From positions 365,986,001 through 366,050,000 of the forward strand of contig NW_027362769.1 in NCBI RefSeq assembly GCF_046119375.1: a DNA stretch of 64,000 nt, in the 5' to 3' direction. A program made the translations under genes and the position numbers. Shown one piece after another: positions 22,208-36,942 of this stretch (positions within the stretch are counted from its first letter, which is position 1; each line of letters opens with the position of its first letter). The notes under the pieces were generated by a model. It worked only from the letters and a program-made list of their open reading frames with translations. It made no database searches and was not told where the DNA came from. The stretch comes from Phyllobates terribilis (lineage: Eukaryota).

Positions 22208-25086
22208 TGTGACGCCTCTACTCAGAGAAACCCATGTTTTACCCTGGGTGATGGGGGACTCGGTGTCGGGCCCTGTGATGGAGAGATGGGATGCAGCCGT
22301 GGCCTAGGCCCGACCCGTGCTCAGGGCCGTCACATTAGAAAGAGATGCTGTTGGCTTGTCCGGGTTGAGTGGCTTATTTTAACGACTACGCCACCTGTGG
22401 TGCCTGGTGAAGGGTCACCAGCGCCGCTGCAGTCCGCTGAGGCCCGGTGTCATGGCGGCTAAAGTTCTCGCTGCTCCCCACAGGCGGAGCAAGGCCTCAG
22501 GGCAGGCAAACAGGAAAGAGAGGGGGTAGTAGTGCGGGGAGTACGGGCACCGCGTCGCATGGTATGGCGCGTAATGAACACTCCAGAGGCCATAGGGGTG
22601 AACTTCCAAGGCTTTACTCACTTAGAGATGTCAGCGGGAAGGCGACTCCCTGCTCCCCGCGGAGTCCTGCGGCCACCAGGGACGGGGGTCCGACTACCTC
22701 CGAGAAAGTCCAGTGTTCGGTAGCGACCCTACACCAGAGTGTTCCTGCACTATAAACTTCACCCTTTCCCGTCTGTGCGTGTGTAGATAGGCCGGGTCTC
22801 CCTCTGAGCTCCTCTCAGGACTAGGGCACGGATGGCAATTCCTCTCCATCCGATGCCCGGTGGGATCCTCAGGGCCTAACCGGGCTTTCCCGTCCAGGAC
22901 ATAGAGTACAAGGTCGGGTGTCGAGGGCCGGTACCCCTCTTGCAGCCGGAATCCCTCTGAATAGATCAGGTAGGCGATGACAGGTGGCGTGCTCCGCTCC
23001 GTCTGCATCCTCCCCGGGACCCATTTGCTGGGGAGCCACACTCTAAAGCTCCCAGGGCCTTCTTGATCCTGGTCCTTGGCCGGGTTGAGACATTCCTTGT
23101 CTACAACCTACCTCTCGTCCCAAGGCCAGGGTACGAGGGCTGTGTCCCTTACCGGCGCAGGCCCACATAGGATCTGCGCTCCCGGAGGGAGGTCACATTA
23201 CACACAGTATTTTGACCGCACAGAGACAGCCGACAGACTAGCAAAGGCTAGACCAGGGGTCCTCAAACTACGGCCCGCGGGCCACATGCGGCCCGCGGAG
23301 GACTTTTATCCGGCCCGCCGGGCTATGGGTGGAGGAGAGGGGAGCGGTGTCAGCACCCGCCCTTCTCCCCCGCTTGCTCAGGGCCCCGGCAGGCGGATAC
23401 TTACCTCTCCCTGTGCCTCTGCAGATCCGCTGTCTTCCTGCTCTACGCTTTCTGTGACGTCTCAGGTCAGAGGATGCGGTGACGTCTTTACACCGCGCCC
23501 TCCCGAGTGCCGTCACAGGCAGCGCAGAGCGGGACGACGCCGCCGCGACGCTGGAGTCCAGACCAGAGTAGGGCAGCGGCAGCGGCAGCAGGTGAGAAGT
23601 GAGGTGAGTATTGGATTTTTTTTTTTTTTTTAATGTATGGAGGCATAGGTCATTATATGGAGGAGTGACATCCTGCAAGGGGTATAATATGGGGAGGTGA
23701 CATCCTGCATGGGGCATGATATGGGGGGTGACATCCTGCATGGGGCATTATATGGGGGGGTGACATGCTGCAAGGGGTATAATATGGGGGGGTAAACATC
23801 CTGCATGGGGCATGATATGGGGGGGTGACATGCTGCATGTGGCATTATATGGGGGGGGGGGTGACAAGCTGCATGTGGCATTATATTGGGGGGGTGACAT
23901 GCTGCATGGGGCATTATATGGGGGGTGACATGCTGCATGGGGCATTATATGTGGGGGGTGACATGCTGCATGGGGTATAATAAAGACAGGGGAGAGTTAT
24001 CCTGCATGGGGCATTATATGGGGGGTGACATCCTGCATGGGGCATTATATGGGGGGTGACATCCTGCATGGGGCATAATATAGGGGGGGTGACATGCTGC
24101 ATGGGGCATAATATGGGGGGGTGACATGCTGCATGGGGCATAATATGGGGGGTGACATGCTGCATGGGGCATTATATGGGGGGGTGACATGCTGCATGGG
24201 GCATTATATGGGGGGGGGAACAGCCTGCATGGGGCATTATAAGGGGTGGAACAGCCTGCATATGGCATTATAAGGGGGAAACAGCCTGCCTATTTGGAAC
24301 ATTTACCTGCCCATTGAGGACCTATGCTGCCTATTGGGGACATTTACCTGCCTATTGGGGACCTATGCTGCCTATTGGGTACATTTACCTGCCTATTGGG
24401 GACCTATGCTGCCTATTGGGGACATTTACCTGCCTATGGGGGACATTTACCTGCCTATTGGGGATATTTACCTGCCTATTGAGGACCGATGCTGCCTATT
24501 GGGGACATTTACCTGCCTATTGAGGACCTATGCTGCCTATTGGGTACAGTTACCTACCTATTGAAATACCGGTTGATTTAACTTTACTTGTTCTTCATTT
24601 TAAATATTGTATTTGTTCCTGTATTGTTTTTTTTACTACAAAATAAGATATGTGCAGTGTGCATAGTAATTTGTTCATAGTTTTTTTTAAAAACTATATT
24701 CCGGCCCTCCAATGGTCTGAGGGACCGTGAACTGGCCCCCTGTTTAAAAAGTTTGAGGACCCCTGGGCTAGACAAAGGACCAGAGAAGAACAACAGACCA
24801 AGATCAAAGATGGCTTTCTATTAAATATGAAATTTAAGGTGTAACTAACTTGTAAGTCCTCCACCCACACCCACTAACTGGTTCCTACCACTTTGTGTTC
24901 CCCAGTCTCCCTGTAACCAGGGGAGCAACACCTAGTGCATACTAGCTCCCTCTGGTGGAGAAGTGTGGTGTTGGATGCAAGGCTGGGTCGCGACCATCAC
25001 ACCGGGCTTACCTCAGAGGAGGAACACTACACTCCATTAGAGAAGTGCAGCATTCCTGTGGCGGTCGAACCCTCAGGGGTGCCACA
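22208..25086 (-). repeat. 5' LTR, interrupted by a hAT MITE
   Basis: Highly similar to 11567-12925; 1359 bp after removing the MITE and one TSD copy. Confidence 0.92.
23254..24765. mobile_element. hAT (Charlie-like) non-autonomous element with internal roughly 30-bp and roughly 20/40-bp minisatellites
   Basis: TIR CAGGGGTCCTCAAACT/AGTTTGAGGACCCCTG, 8-bp TSD GGCTAGAC; empty site visible in the other LTR near 12605. Confidence 0.93.
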
Positions 25087-26039
25087 CATGCATGGCATTG
25101 CATATTGTGGGGAATTGCATAGGGAAGTGATGTTGCATGTTGGGGACTTGCATATATAAGTGGGTGATGTTGAGGGTCTAGCAGAGGGAAGGGCGTGATG
25201 CATGCATGGCACTGCATATTGTGGGGAATTGCATAGGGAAGTGATGTTACATGTTGGGGACTTGCATATATAAGTGGGTGATGTTGAGGGTCTAGCAGAG
25301 GGAAGGGCGTGATGCATGCATGGCACTGCATATTGTGGGGAATTGCATAGGGAAGTGATGTTGCATGTTGGGGACTTGCATATGTAAGTGGGTGATGTTG
25401 AGGGTCTAGCACAGGGAAGGGGGTGATGCATGCATGTGTTGCATGTTGTGGGGGCTTTTACAGGGAATGAGTTATGGGCACACCATCTGTACTGTCAACG
25501 CTTTGAACGCAGTATACTTTATGCTGCGTCCAAAGCGCTGCACGCAGGTGAATCCGCATGTGTTCATTGAACCATGCGGATTCACCCCATCCTATACATT
25601 GCACTGATCTAATTTCTCTTGTGGAGACTAGCGACTCCGCAAGAGAAATTGACGGAAAGACGCGCCGCAAGTCCGTGTCCGCGGGTGATCCGCAGGTGCC
25701 TGGAGATGCATAGTGGGCATGGGATTTCTTCAAATCCCATCCACTTTGCTTGTATTATCGAATGCTGTGGTTTGCACGCAGCGCAAGTGTGCTGCATCCA
25801 ATCAGCAGCGTTTACTGACCGTGTGCACATACCCTTTATGTTGCATGTTGGCGCCTTGCATATGTAAGGGGGTGTTGTTGCATTTCATTCCTCTTGCATG
25901 TAGAATTTGACTGATGCTGCATGTTGGGGGGCTTACACACTTAAGGGGTGCATCTGGAATCATAATATCTGTTAAAGGGGCCCACTGAGACTCTTTCGCC
26001 CGGGGCCCACAAAAACCTGGAGCCGGCCCTGGTGTGTAT

Positions 26040-26900
26040 ATACGATGAAGTGGGCGGATTAGCTTGATCCTGTGTTGGAGTTTGGGTTTCCTTTTTTATG
26101 TAATATTTTTTGAGAGCCAATTTTCTCATGAATTGTTTGATTCCAATAAAGGCCTGAAATTTGTTAAGGCCTATCGAGGGGGCAAACTTCAGGCCCTTAT
26201 TAAGTAGGTTGATTTCATTGGGTTTTAGGTTGTGTTTACTTAGGTTAAAAATAGAATCACCTTTACTGTTTATCTCTTCTAATTGTTTCTTCTTTTTGGA
26301 GAATTGCCCTACTCTACAGCCCCTTTGGCGCCTTTTCTTTGGGCCAACTGAAAAAAATTTGAGTTGCTGGCCCTTTTACTAATTTGTGGGTGTTGAGAGT
26401 TCGATCTGGTTCTCAAGCCGTTGTCTTGGGAGGCGGTAGGATATTGATTATTATTGCTAGGGTATTCATTAATTTTTTTCCAGTGGGTCAAAGCGGTTTT
26501 GTGTGTTAATGGGCGTAAGTATTGGGGAGGTAGCTTCAGTGGAAGGTTGAGGGCTGGTTGTTGTGCCTCTATGGCCATCCAGTTGTGTTTGATGATAATA
26601 GTCTGGTGTTGGATGGGTGGAAAATCTGTCCTCTGATATTTGGGTGTCCGATGGTGGTGGACTGGCTATGGCCTCGTTCACAACTTCAAAAACTAATCCT
26701 TCCCGTATGCGATATTGTGTGTTAATGTCTGGGATAGCGTCACGTCCAAATTTCAATCTTTTCAAATTTCTATACCGAGCAATGATTTTTAACTTCTTGT
26801 AACCTACATATTTAAATAAAATTGGACATTTTTAACATCTTCAATGTTATTTCTTGCCACATACCCTATACACTAGCGCAAGTTGTTTTATATATTTTTT
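26040..26900 (-). mobile_element. Probable Penelope-like element fragment
   Basis: 26775-26900 is the reverse complement of 7735-7850; low-complexity ORF remnants; no catalytic motifs. Confidence 0.4.
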
Positions 26901-27657
26901 ATACTAACATTACGTTAAATAACATCCGCCTGGAATATAATCATATACACCTCTTGTAGAAAAACGATGCCCCCTGGAATGTTTGGTGGCCAGTGTGAAC
27001 ATGGGCCTACACAGTGCATGCACATGCATTTATTTTCCACTTTTTCTCTTTAGGCTTCGGTTTCAGGATTTTTGCACTCTTTGCAAATAAAGGAGTGGTT
27101 TCCTTTTTCCTTGAGCTGGACATTACATTTGTATATTTCTCCATGGCTGGGTGTCCATTAGCCAGGTCTCAGGCCTTCTCATCCCTTATTAACATTACGT
27201 CACTTTACATACGTAAGGTTTTAATACTAGAGGTTAGGATTCCTTACCTTTCCATGGTTCCCAGGATGGCTTTAGCTCTGCTACATTGACATGACAGGCT
27301 GGATCGCAGCAGAACGCTGCCATCCAGTTTGCCATGCCGCAGACACTGAGAAGCTCCTCAGTGAAGCTCCTCAGTGTCTGGCTGTGACGGCATCCAGATG
27401 AGTCGAGTTCATGTCCCCCATTTTAATAGCTAGTAAAGGCTAGGTATTCAGCTGGGGGCTGATATTAGTAGCCTGGGAAGCTCCGTGGGAATTACCCCCT
27501 TCCCAGGCTTCAAACATCTGCCCCAGCCATCTGCTTAACCTCCGCTAGAGACTAAAATAACGGGGAACCCCACGCCAATTTTTTTTTTAATAAAACCTTT
27601 ATTTTAACACTAAATGACAAGTACAGTAACCAACACTGTCACTGTACTTATTATATA

Positions 27658-30341
27658 CTAGATGGTGGCCCGATTCTAACGCATCGGGTATTCTAGAATA
27701 GGTATGCGGCCGACCGGGCGCAATCAGCAGAGCGGTATTTAAATTTGGCGCCAAAATCGCTGATTGGTCGAGGCCGGCAACCGCGACCAATTAGCAAAGC
27801 GGTGTTAAAATTTGGCGCCTATATCGCAGATTTGTCACTGCCGGCGGTCGCGACTAATCAGCAGAGCGGGGTTTAAATTTGGCGCCAATAATGCTGATTG
27901 GTCGCGGCCGGCGGTCGCGACCAATCAGCAGAGCGTTATTTAAATTTGTCGCCAATAATGGTGATTGGTCACGGCCGCGACTAATCAGCAGAGCAGTGTT
28001 TAAATTTGTCGCCAATAATGCTGGTTATTCGTGACCGGTAACCGCGACCAATGAGCAGAGCGGTGTTTAAATATGGGGCCAATATCGCTTAATGGTCACG
28101 GCCGGCCACCACGACCAATCAGCGAAGCGGTGTTTAAATTTGGCGCCAAAATCGCTGATTTGTCGCGCCCGGCGGTCGCGACCAATCAGCAGAGCGGGGT
28201 TTAAATTTTGCGCCAATACTGCTGATTGTTCGCGGCCGGTGACCGCAACCAATCAGCAGAGCGTTGTTTAAATTTGGCACCAAAATTGCTGATTGGTCGT
28301 GACCGTCGGCCGCGACCAATTAGCAGAGCGGGGTTTAAATTTGGCGCCAATACTGCTCATTGGTCGCGGCCGGCGACCGCGACCAATCAGCAGAGCGGTG
28401 TTTTAAATTGCACCAAAATCGCTGATTGGTCGCGGCCGGCCACCGCAACCAATCAGCAGAGCGTTGTTTAAATTTGGCGCTAATCTCGCTGATTGGTCGC
28501 GTCTGCCAGCCGCGACCAATCAGCAGAGCCTTGTTTAAATATGGCGCCAATCTCGCTGATTGGTCGCGGACGGCAGGCCACCGCGACCAATCAGCAGAGC
28601 GGAGTTTAAATGTGCCGCCCATCTCGCTGATTGGTCGCGGACGGCCACCGCGACCAATGAGCAGAGCGGCGTTTAAATTTGCGGGCCATCTCGCTGATTG
28701 GTCGCGGCCGGCCACCGCGACCAATCAGCAGAGCGGCGTTTAAATTTGCCGCCCATCTCTCTGATTGGTCGCGGTCGGCCACCGCGACCAATCAGCAGAG
28801 CGGCGTTTAAATTTGGCGCCAATACTGCTCATTGGTCGCGGCCGGCGACCGCGAACAATCAGCAGAGCGGTGTTTCAAATTGGCACCAAAATCGCTGATT
28901 GGTTGCGGCCGGCCACCGCAACCAATCAGCAGAGCGTTGTTTAAATTTGGCGCTAATCTCGCTGATTGGACGCGTCTGCCGTCCGCGACCAATAAGCAGA
29001 GCGTTGTATAAATTTGGCGCCAATCTCGCTGATTGGTCGCGTCTGGCGTCAGCGACCAATCAGCAGAGCGTTGTTTAAATTTGGCGCCAATCTCGCTGAT
29101 TGGCCGCGGCTGGCAGCCGCGACCAATCAGCAGAGCGTTGTTTAAATTTGGCGCCAATCTCGCTGATTGGTCGCGGACGGCCGGCCACCGCGACCAATCA
29201 GCAGAGCGGCGTTTAAATGTGCCGCCCATATCGCTGATTGGTCGCGGTCACCGCGACCAATCAGCAGAGCGGCGTTTAAATTTGCCGCCGATATCGCTGA
29301 TTGGTCGCGGTGGCCGGCCGCGACCAATGAGCAGAGTGGCGTTTAAATTTGCCGCCCATCTCGCTGATTGGTCGCGGTGGCCGGCCGCGATTAATCAGCA
29401 CAGCGGCGTTTAAATTTGCCGCCCATCTCGCTGATTGGTCGCGGCCGGCCACCGCGACCAATCAGCACAGCGGTGTTTAAATTTGCCTCCCATCTCGCTG
29501 ATTGGTCGCTGCAGCCACCGCGACCAATCAGCAGAGCGGCGTTTAAATTTGCCGCCCATCTCGCTGATTGGTCGCGGCCGGCCACCGCGACCAATCAGCA
29601 GTGGGGCGTTTAAATTTGCCGCCCATCTCGCTGATTGGTCGCGGTCGGCCGGCCACCGTGACCAATCAGCAGAGCGGTGTTTAAATTTGCCGCCCATCTC
29701 GCTCATTGGTCACTCCCGGCCACCGCGACCAATCAGCAGAGCGGCGTTTAAATTTGCCGCCCATCTCGCTCATCGGTCACTCCCGGCCACCGCGACCAAT
29801 CAGCAGAGCGGCGTTTAAATTTGCCGCCCATCTCGCTGATTGGTCGCGTATGGCCACTGCGACCAATCAGCGTCGTATTAGTGTGAGCCCGGGAGCGGCG
29901 CTGCTTGTGCGGCTCCGTATTAGCGAGGACCGGGGAGCGCCGCTGCCTGTGAGGCTCCATCTGCTGCGAGAAGCCGGGAGATGAGCGACTGCTCGCAGCA
30001 GAAGCGTCCCGACCGGCGGCACCGCTCCCCGGTCCTCCGTTCACACTTGCTGTCGGGAGATCAACGGGCCAAGCCGCTGATCTTCCGACGTTAGCCGCAT
30101 GGAGGTCAGCGGCGCCGGTCGGGGTAGTTGTGCTGCTAGCGCCGCTCATCTCCCCGCTGCATCGCCGCTGACCTCCGTCCGCCAGATGAGCCGCTAACGG
30201 CCGCCATCTTTTTTCAGAAATCCCGCGGCGCTGATTGCCCGCTGCCGGACCAATGAGCGACGCGGGATTTCCAGGACAGACAAACAGAAAGACAGACAGA
30301 CAGATAGACAGACAGATGGGATAAGACAATTATATAGTAGA
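27658..30341 (-). mobile_element. Second copy of the non-autonomous Helitron, with about 32 units of the 67-bp CCAAT palindrome
   Basis: Same TC 5' end, (CTGT)n, hairpin and CTAG 3' end; A|T target. Confidence 0.88.
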
Positions 30342-31969
30342 TGTGACTCACATGTTTCTATCTGTCTAATCTATGTGTGATGCTCTATTCTTTCTGTTCT
30401 AAATTGTCGGGTAATGCCACATCTACCAAGGCTGTGACATTACAGTGAGTGGTAGACAATCCCTGTATGATTGGTGCTCTAAATAGCGCCAAACATGCAG
30501 TATTCGGCGAGCTCCCAGCATCTCGAGTACTGAGATGCTCGGCGAGTACCGAGCAGTGGCAAGCATGGTCGCTCATCACTAGTGTTCCCACATTCCACTG
30601 AGTCTGAGATCACCGAGGCTGATCAGCTGATCTTCAGCTTATGAACCCAAGTGACCTCACTCTTGCAGCTGCAATGTATACTGGCAGTAGTGATTACACC
30701 CCTGTCAGTGTACATTGCTGTCTTCTACAGCAGTGACATCAGTGATTGCTGAAGTCACTGCTGTAGATGTGACCCGGATCGCCGAGGGACAATCTGGATT
30801 GCGTCATGATAGCGGACATGTGAGGGATATGGTTGTTTTTTATTTTTAGTTATTTTACAAAAGATAGGGCTTCGGGGATTGAGCATATAATAAAAAAAAA
30901 TATTAAAACAGCTTTCAGATGCCCCAGAAATTACATGAATGGGAATGCTGATGAAAATTGGGTGAATTGGATTAGCTTACACCTAGCTCTTTTGTTTGGT
31001 GATGACAAAATGTCAATCAGACCCTGTCATTACCAAGCCTAAATAAAGTAAAGTAAAGAGTTAAATAAACACACAGACACAGAGTAAACACTTTATTTGA
31101 AATACAACAGACACATTCTGTTAAGGGAATCTGCCACCCCCTGGGAGATATCAGACCTCTACTATGGGCATACAGGTTGTAGAAAAGAAAATCTATACAT
31201 ACCTGTATGGCTCATAGTAGAGGCTTGATTGCAGAGAAAAGTGTTTTCATCTACTCTATTTTCCACAGGCTTGGCATCCCCCGGATGCCAATAAATCCCC
31301 ACCTAACTGTATATTGTTCCCCAAAATATCCGCCTATATGGTTAGTTACCTTATTACCCCACTGCCCTACACGTCACACGGCCCTGTGATGTGCTCTGTT
31401 CTACCTCACTTCTCGGGCATGAGCAAAGTGCCGCTCACATAAGGCGCGCTTTGCTTCATACTGGCGCCGTCCCTCTCTGCACTGCGCCGCAGGGTTCCAT
31501 TGCGCAGGCACCGGGAAGTGATAGTTACTGCATACGCAATAACAGTATAGGAGACCCACTCTTTAATAATGGGAACAACAAAGCATAGCCAGCTGATGGC
31601 TTATTCACTCTTTATATCCATGAAAGGAAACCGAAGCATCCCTGACCCCGGGTCTTGTATTACAGAAAGCGGAGACTGCTCAACTAAAATCTCCAGATTA
31701 ATGTATGGGATGTAAACGACCAATGATCGCTGAACACAAGCTGCTTTCCCGATATAGGTCGGTCATAGAACCTTGTGTTATATGGAGACAAAGAACAGAA
31801 AAGCCATCAGCCGCTGAGCGGGAACTTCAAACTCATGAACAAAAAGTCACGTGACCTGTGTAGGCTGCGTCTTATTGGTGTTTCCACAAGTCTGCTTCAC
31901 ATTGGCGGCTTCAGATCCATCCAATGATAAGGTAGGAGGTCGGGGCAGCGGTGGATAAAAAGCGACTGA

Positions 31970-32395
<426 letters not shown>

Positions 32396-32446
32396 AGGCG
32401 CCTCCAGCTCCGGCCTCAGTGTTTTGTTGTAGTTCCGCAGCACACG

Positions 32447-33103
32447 ATGGCAGAGACCGCACCAGCCGCCGCTCCCCCTCCCGCGGAACCGGCCGCCAAA
32501 TCCAAGAAGCAGCCGAAGAAATCCGCCGCCGGGGACGTCAAAAAAAGCAAGAAGCCCTCCGGTCCCAGCGTCTCCGATCTGATCGTGAAAGCCGTGTCCG
32601 CCTCTAAGGAGCGCAGTGGGGTGTCTCTGGCCGCCCTGAAGAAGGCTCTGTCTGCCGGAGGATACGATGTAGAGAAGAACAACAGCCGCCTGAAGCTGGC
32701 CGTCAAGTCTCTGGTCACCAAGGGCGCCCTCCTCCAGGTGAAGGGCAGCGGCGCCTCCGGGTCCTTCAAGCTGAACAAGAAGCAGCAGGAGACTAAGGAC
32801 AAATCGGCCAGGAAGAACTCAGCAGCTGCGGCCAAGCCCAAGAAGCCTGCTAAAGCCAAGAAAGCCGCCAAGTCTCCTAAGAAGCCCAAGAAGGCTCCGA
32901 CCGCGGCCAAGAAGAGCCCGAAAAAGGCCAAGAAGCCCGCAGCAGCTGCCAAGAAGGCGGCCAAGAGCCCCAAGAAGCCAAAGGCCGCTCCGAAGCCCAA
33001 GAAGGTGACGAAGAGTCCGGCTAAGAAAGCTGCTAAACCCAAAGCTGCCAAGAGTCCTGCTAAGAAGGCAGCTAAAGCCAAGAAGCCCGCAGCTAAGAAA
33101 TAA
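32447..33103 (+). CDS. H1: Linker histone H1 (somatic type), 218 aa
   Basis: Globular domain [28 protein letters not shown]...[11 protein letters not shown] and a K/A/P-rich tail; stem-loop at 33134-33149 with one stem mismatch. Confidence 0.97.
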   Translation: MAETAPAAAPPPAEPAAKSKKQPKKSAAGDVKKSKKPSGPSVSDLIVKAVSASKERSGVSLAALKKALSAGGYDVEKNNSRLKLAVKSLVTKGALLQVKGSGASGSFKLNKKQQETKDKSARKNSAAAAKPKKPAKAKKAAKSPKKPKKAPTAAKKSPKKAKKPAAAAKKAAKSPKKPKAAPKPKKVTKSPAKKAAKPKAAKSPAKKAAKAKKPAAKK

Positions 33104-33147
33104 TCCAAAGCCGCCCTGTTATTACCCCACAAAGGCTCTTTTCAGAT

Positions 33148-33923
33148 CCACCACCTTGTTCCCTGCAGAGCTGTATGATCAGTGCCATCATCGTGTCCCC
33201 TTCATAGCTGTATGATCAGTGCCACCACCTTGTACCCTGCAGAGCTGTATGATCAGTGCCATCATCTTGTCCCGGCAGAGCTATATTATCAATGCCACCA
33301 CCTTGTACCCTGCAGAGCTGTATGATCAGTGCCCCCACCTTGTCCCCGGCAGAGCTGTATGATCAGTGCCCCCACCTTGTCCCCGGCAGAGCTGTATGAT
33401 CAGTGCCACCACCTTGTCCCCTTCAGAGCTGTATGATCAGTGCCACCACCTTGTACCCTGCAGAGCTGTATGATCAGTGCCACCACCTTTTCCCTGGCAG
33501 AGCTGTGACCAGTGCCACCACCTTGTTCCTTGTAGAGCTGTGTGATCAGTGCCACCACCTTGTCCTCGGCTGAGCTGTATGATCAGTGCCACCACCTTGT
33601 CCCTGGCAGAGCTGTATGATCAGTGCCACCACCTTGTCCCCGGCAGAGCTGTATGATCAGTGCCATCACCTTGTCCCCGGCAGAGCTGTATGATCAGTAC
33701 CACCACCTTGTCCCCTGCAGAGCTGTATGATCAGTGCCACCACCTTGTCCCCTGCAGAGCTGTATGATCAGTGCCACCACCTTGTCCCCGGCAGAGCTGT
33801 ATGATCAGTGCCACCACCTTGTCCCCTGCAGAGCTGTATGATCAGTGCCACCACCTTGTCCCCTGCAGAGCTGTATGATCAGTGCCACCACCTTGTCCCC
33901 GGCAGAGCTGTATGATCAGTGCC
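33148..33923 (+). repeat. 37-bp minisatellite (about 21 units), each containing the cleavage-site flank and an HDE-like AGAGCTGTA
   Basis: Unit CCACCACCTTGTCCCCTGCAGAGCTGTATGATCAGTG begins at the base of the H1 stem-loop. Confidence 0.95.
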
Positions 33924-34517
33924 CGTATATCCTGCCTCTTCTAGATTATAGTGTGTACAGGGAGCGGCTCCAGTGTTATAATGAATAAGCTTTTCCCCAC
34001 ATCTCCGCATAGAGCTGCGCTGTGTCCCGATCACACCAGTGCAGGTGACCGATCAGTGTAATCAATGGAGGGAAGGGGCCGATGTCCTACAGAAATCTAC
34101 ATCATCCTAATCAATCACCACTTGTAACCTGCGTCTTTATTAGTGAAAGGATTAGTGTGCGGTTATTACTTCGATGTGAGAATTGGAGAACCAGTGATTT
34201 GACTGATGATAGATTAGAGCCTGTACAGCTCCGTGTACTGGTGACATAGAACAGTGACGACTGCGGCTCTTGCTGTAGAAGCCGCATGTAGACATGGTGT
34301 GAACCTGTGCCAGTATCCGCAGCCAGAAAAGAGTGTGAACAGAGACCCTGCCCCTCTTTATGAGGGCGGGATTACTGGGTGTTGGGTTGATTTCGTGAAT
34401 AATGTTTGGTCGCAGACATCGCACGTGTTTTGGCGGCTCATGTTAATTTATGAACTAGCCAATAGAATTGTAGGGGGCGTGTTCACATGACGCGCTAACA
34501 GGAGCAGAGGAGTATAA

Positions 34518-34982
<465 letters not shown>

Positions 34983-36423
34983 ATCCGTCCTACACGTCTG
35001 ACTATAACACAAAGGCTCTTTTCAGAGCCACCAAATCCTCCATAATAACGAGCTAATCCCTCACATCTGCTTCTCTACCCTGATTATTGAATGTCAGCTT
35101 TATATAATCTATTTGGAGTCTGGACTGTGTTGTGAAAGAATCTAGAAAGCATGCGCAGATTTCTTGGTGTATATGATGCGATCATTATAGGACGTCCATT
35201 ATCCAGCGCTATCTCCTGTGAACACTCGCTGACTCCTATCAGCAGCACGGGTCTGATCCTGAAAACGCATCAGGATTAAGAGACTAATATCCTCTGCAGC
35301 TCTGTAGTAGGTTTATCTAGATAATATTAACCTACATTTTATAAAATCCCCACCTCCTTCTTTCAAAGTTCTCTGTAAACTGCAGTATCTCGTTTCTTTA
35401 TATTCCCGGCACTCGGAATATTGCTGGTGTGATGGAGTCACCATTGTTAGAATCAGTTCTGCACTTTGTGTTTATAGAAAGCGGATACTGTTCCCTGGAT
35501 CCTGGAAAACAAGATTCCTGTATGGAACCAAGAGACCATTGATCGCTCAACACAAGCAAATTTCCTGATTTCCGAGAGTCCTGAAACTACGTGATCCAGA
35601 AGGACAAAGAAGAGAAAAAGCCATCAGCCCCTGAGCGGGAACTTCCTATTCGGTAATTCTTAACATTAGCTCCTCCCCTTCCTCTGCTGATTGGCTGAAC
35701 ACAGGACGTTAGGGAGTTTGAATTTTCCGCTCCTTGTAGTTTCCGCAGCTTCTACATGTAATTGTGTTACTACTTCTGCTGTGAAGAGAAGTGTGCGGTC
35801 TATAGATAAAACTCCACTGACCACATTCATGTAATCACCTTCCAGATCACAGTGTATTCTCCATTGGATATGGGACCACTGGAATGAGAATCAATCAGCT
35901 GCTCAGTGATTATGTTACTTATACGGTTCCTTTTTTATTTGACCAATCTGAGCTGTTGTCATTATCTTCTACAGGAATAATTCTGTTCCCAATTGATAAC
36001 AGTACTGTCCTGCCATTATCGCTTGCAGGAAGAGACCCTCTGTAAGCCAAACTGAGGGGATTCCCGGCTTATGAGCTGGTGTCAGTATCGGAGCAGTGCT
36101 GCTGACCGCGGCTTCCTCCCTGCACTGTCCTTAGAAGAGGCAATAATCCTGGCTGCCACAATCCTCCTCACATCACCGCACCCCAAGAGCAATTCTATCA
36201 GAAGTGACAAGCCCATCTTAGAAATGTCAGAGCTCAGTCAGGATCCTATAGATTAGTCACCGGGAGCAGCCAGAATGTCACATGTAGATTGTACAGAATG
36301 CAAGGGATGATGAGGGGAGTAGTAAGGTGCGGAAATGACCCTTCCTGGACATTAGTGAATAGCATGTTACGAATATGCTGGTATGATGGAAGTGGGGGTT
36401 AATCACTGTCAGTGCCGTTATAG

Positions 36424-36942
<519 letters not shown>

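Larger units (their letters stand above)
11567..25086 (-). mobile_element. Non-autonomous LTR retroelement (about 4.9 kb without nested inserts), tRNA-Ser PBS, 4-bp TSD CATG
   Basis: Two 1359-bp LTRs (TG...CA), PBS at 22187-22204, PPT at about 12926-12934, CATG at 11563-11566 and 25087-25090; no RT or IN. Confidence 0.92.

Noticed and set aside
23630-25431. Repetitive ORFs (MPHAACHPP..., also those at 4697-5432, 28000-29900 and 43638-43986)
   Set aside because: These are stop-free translations of tandem repeats in several frames and on both strands, with no coding signature.
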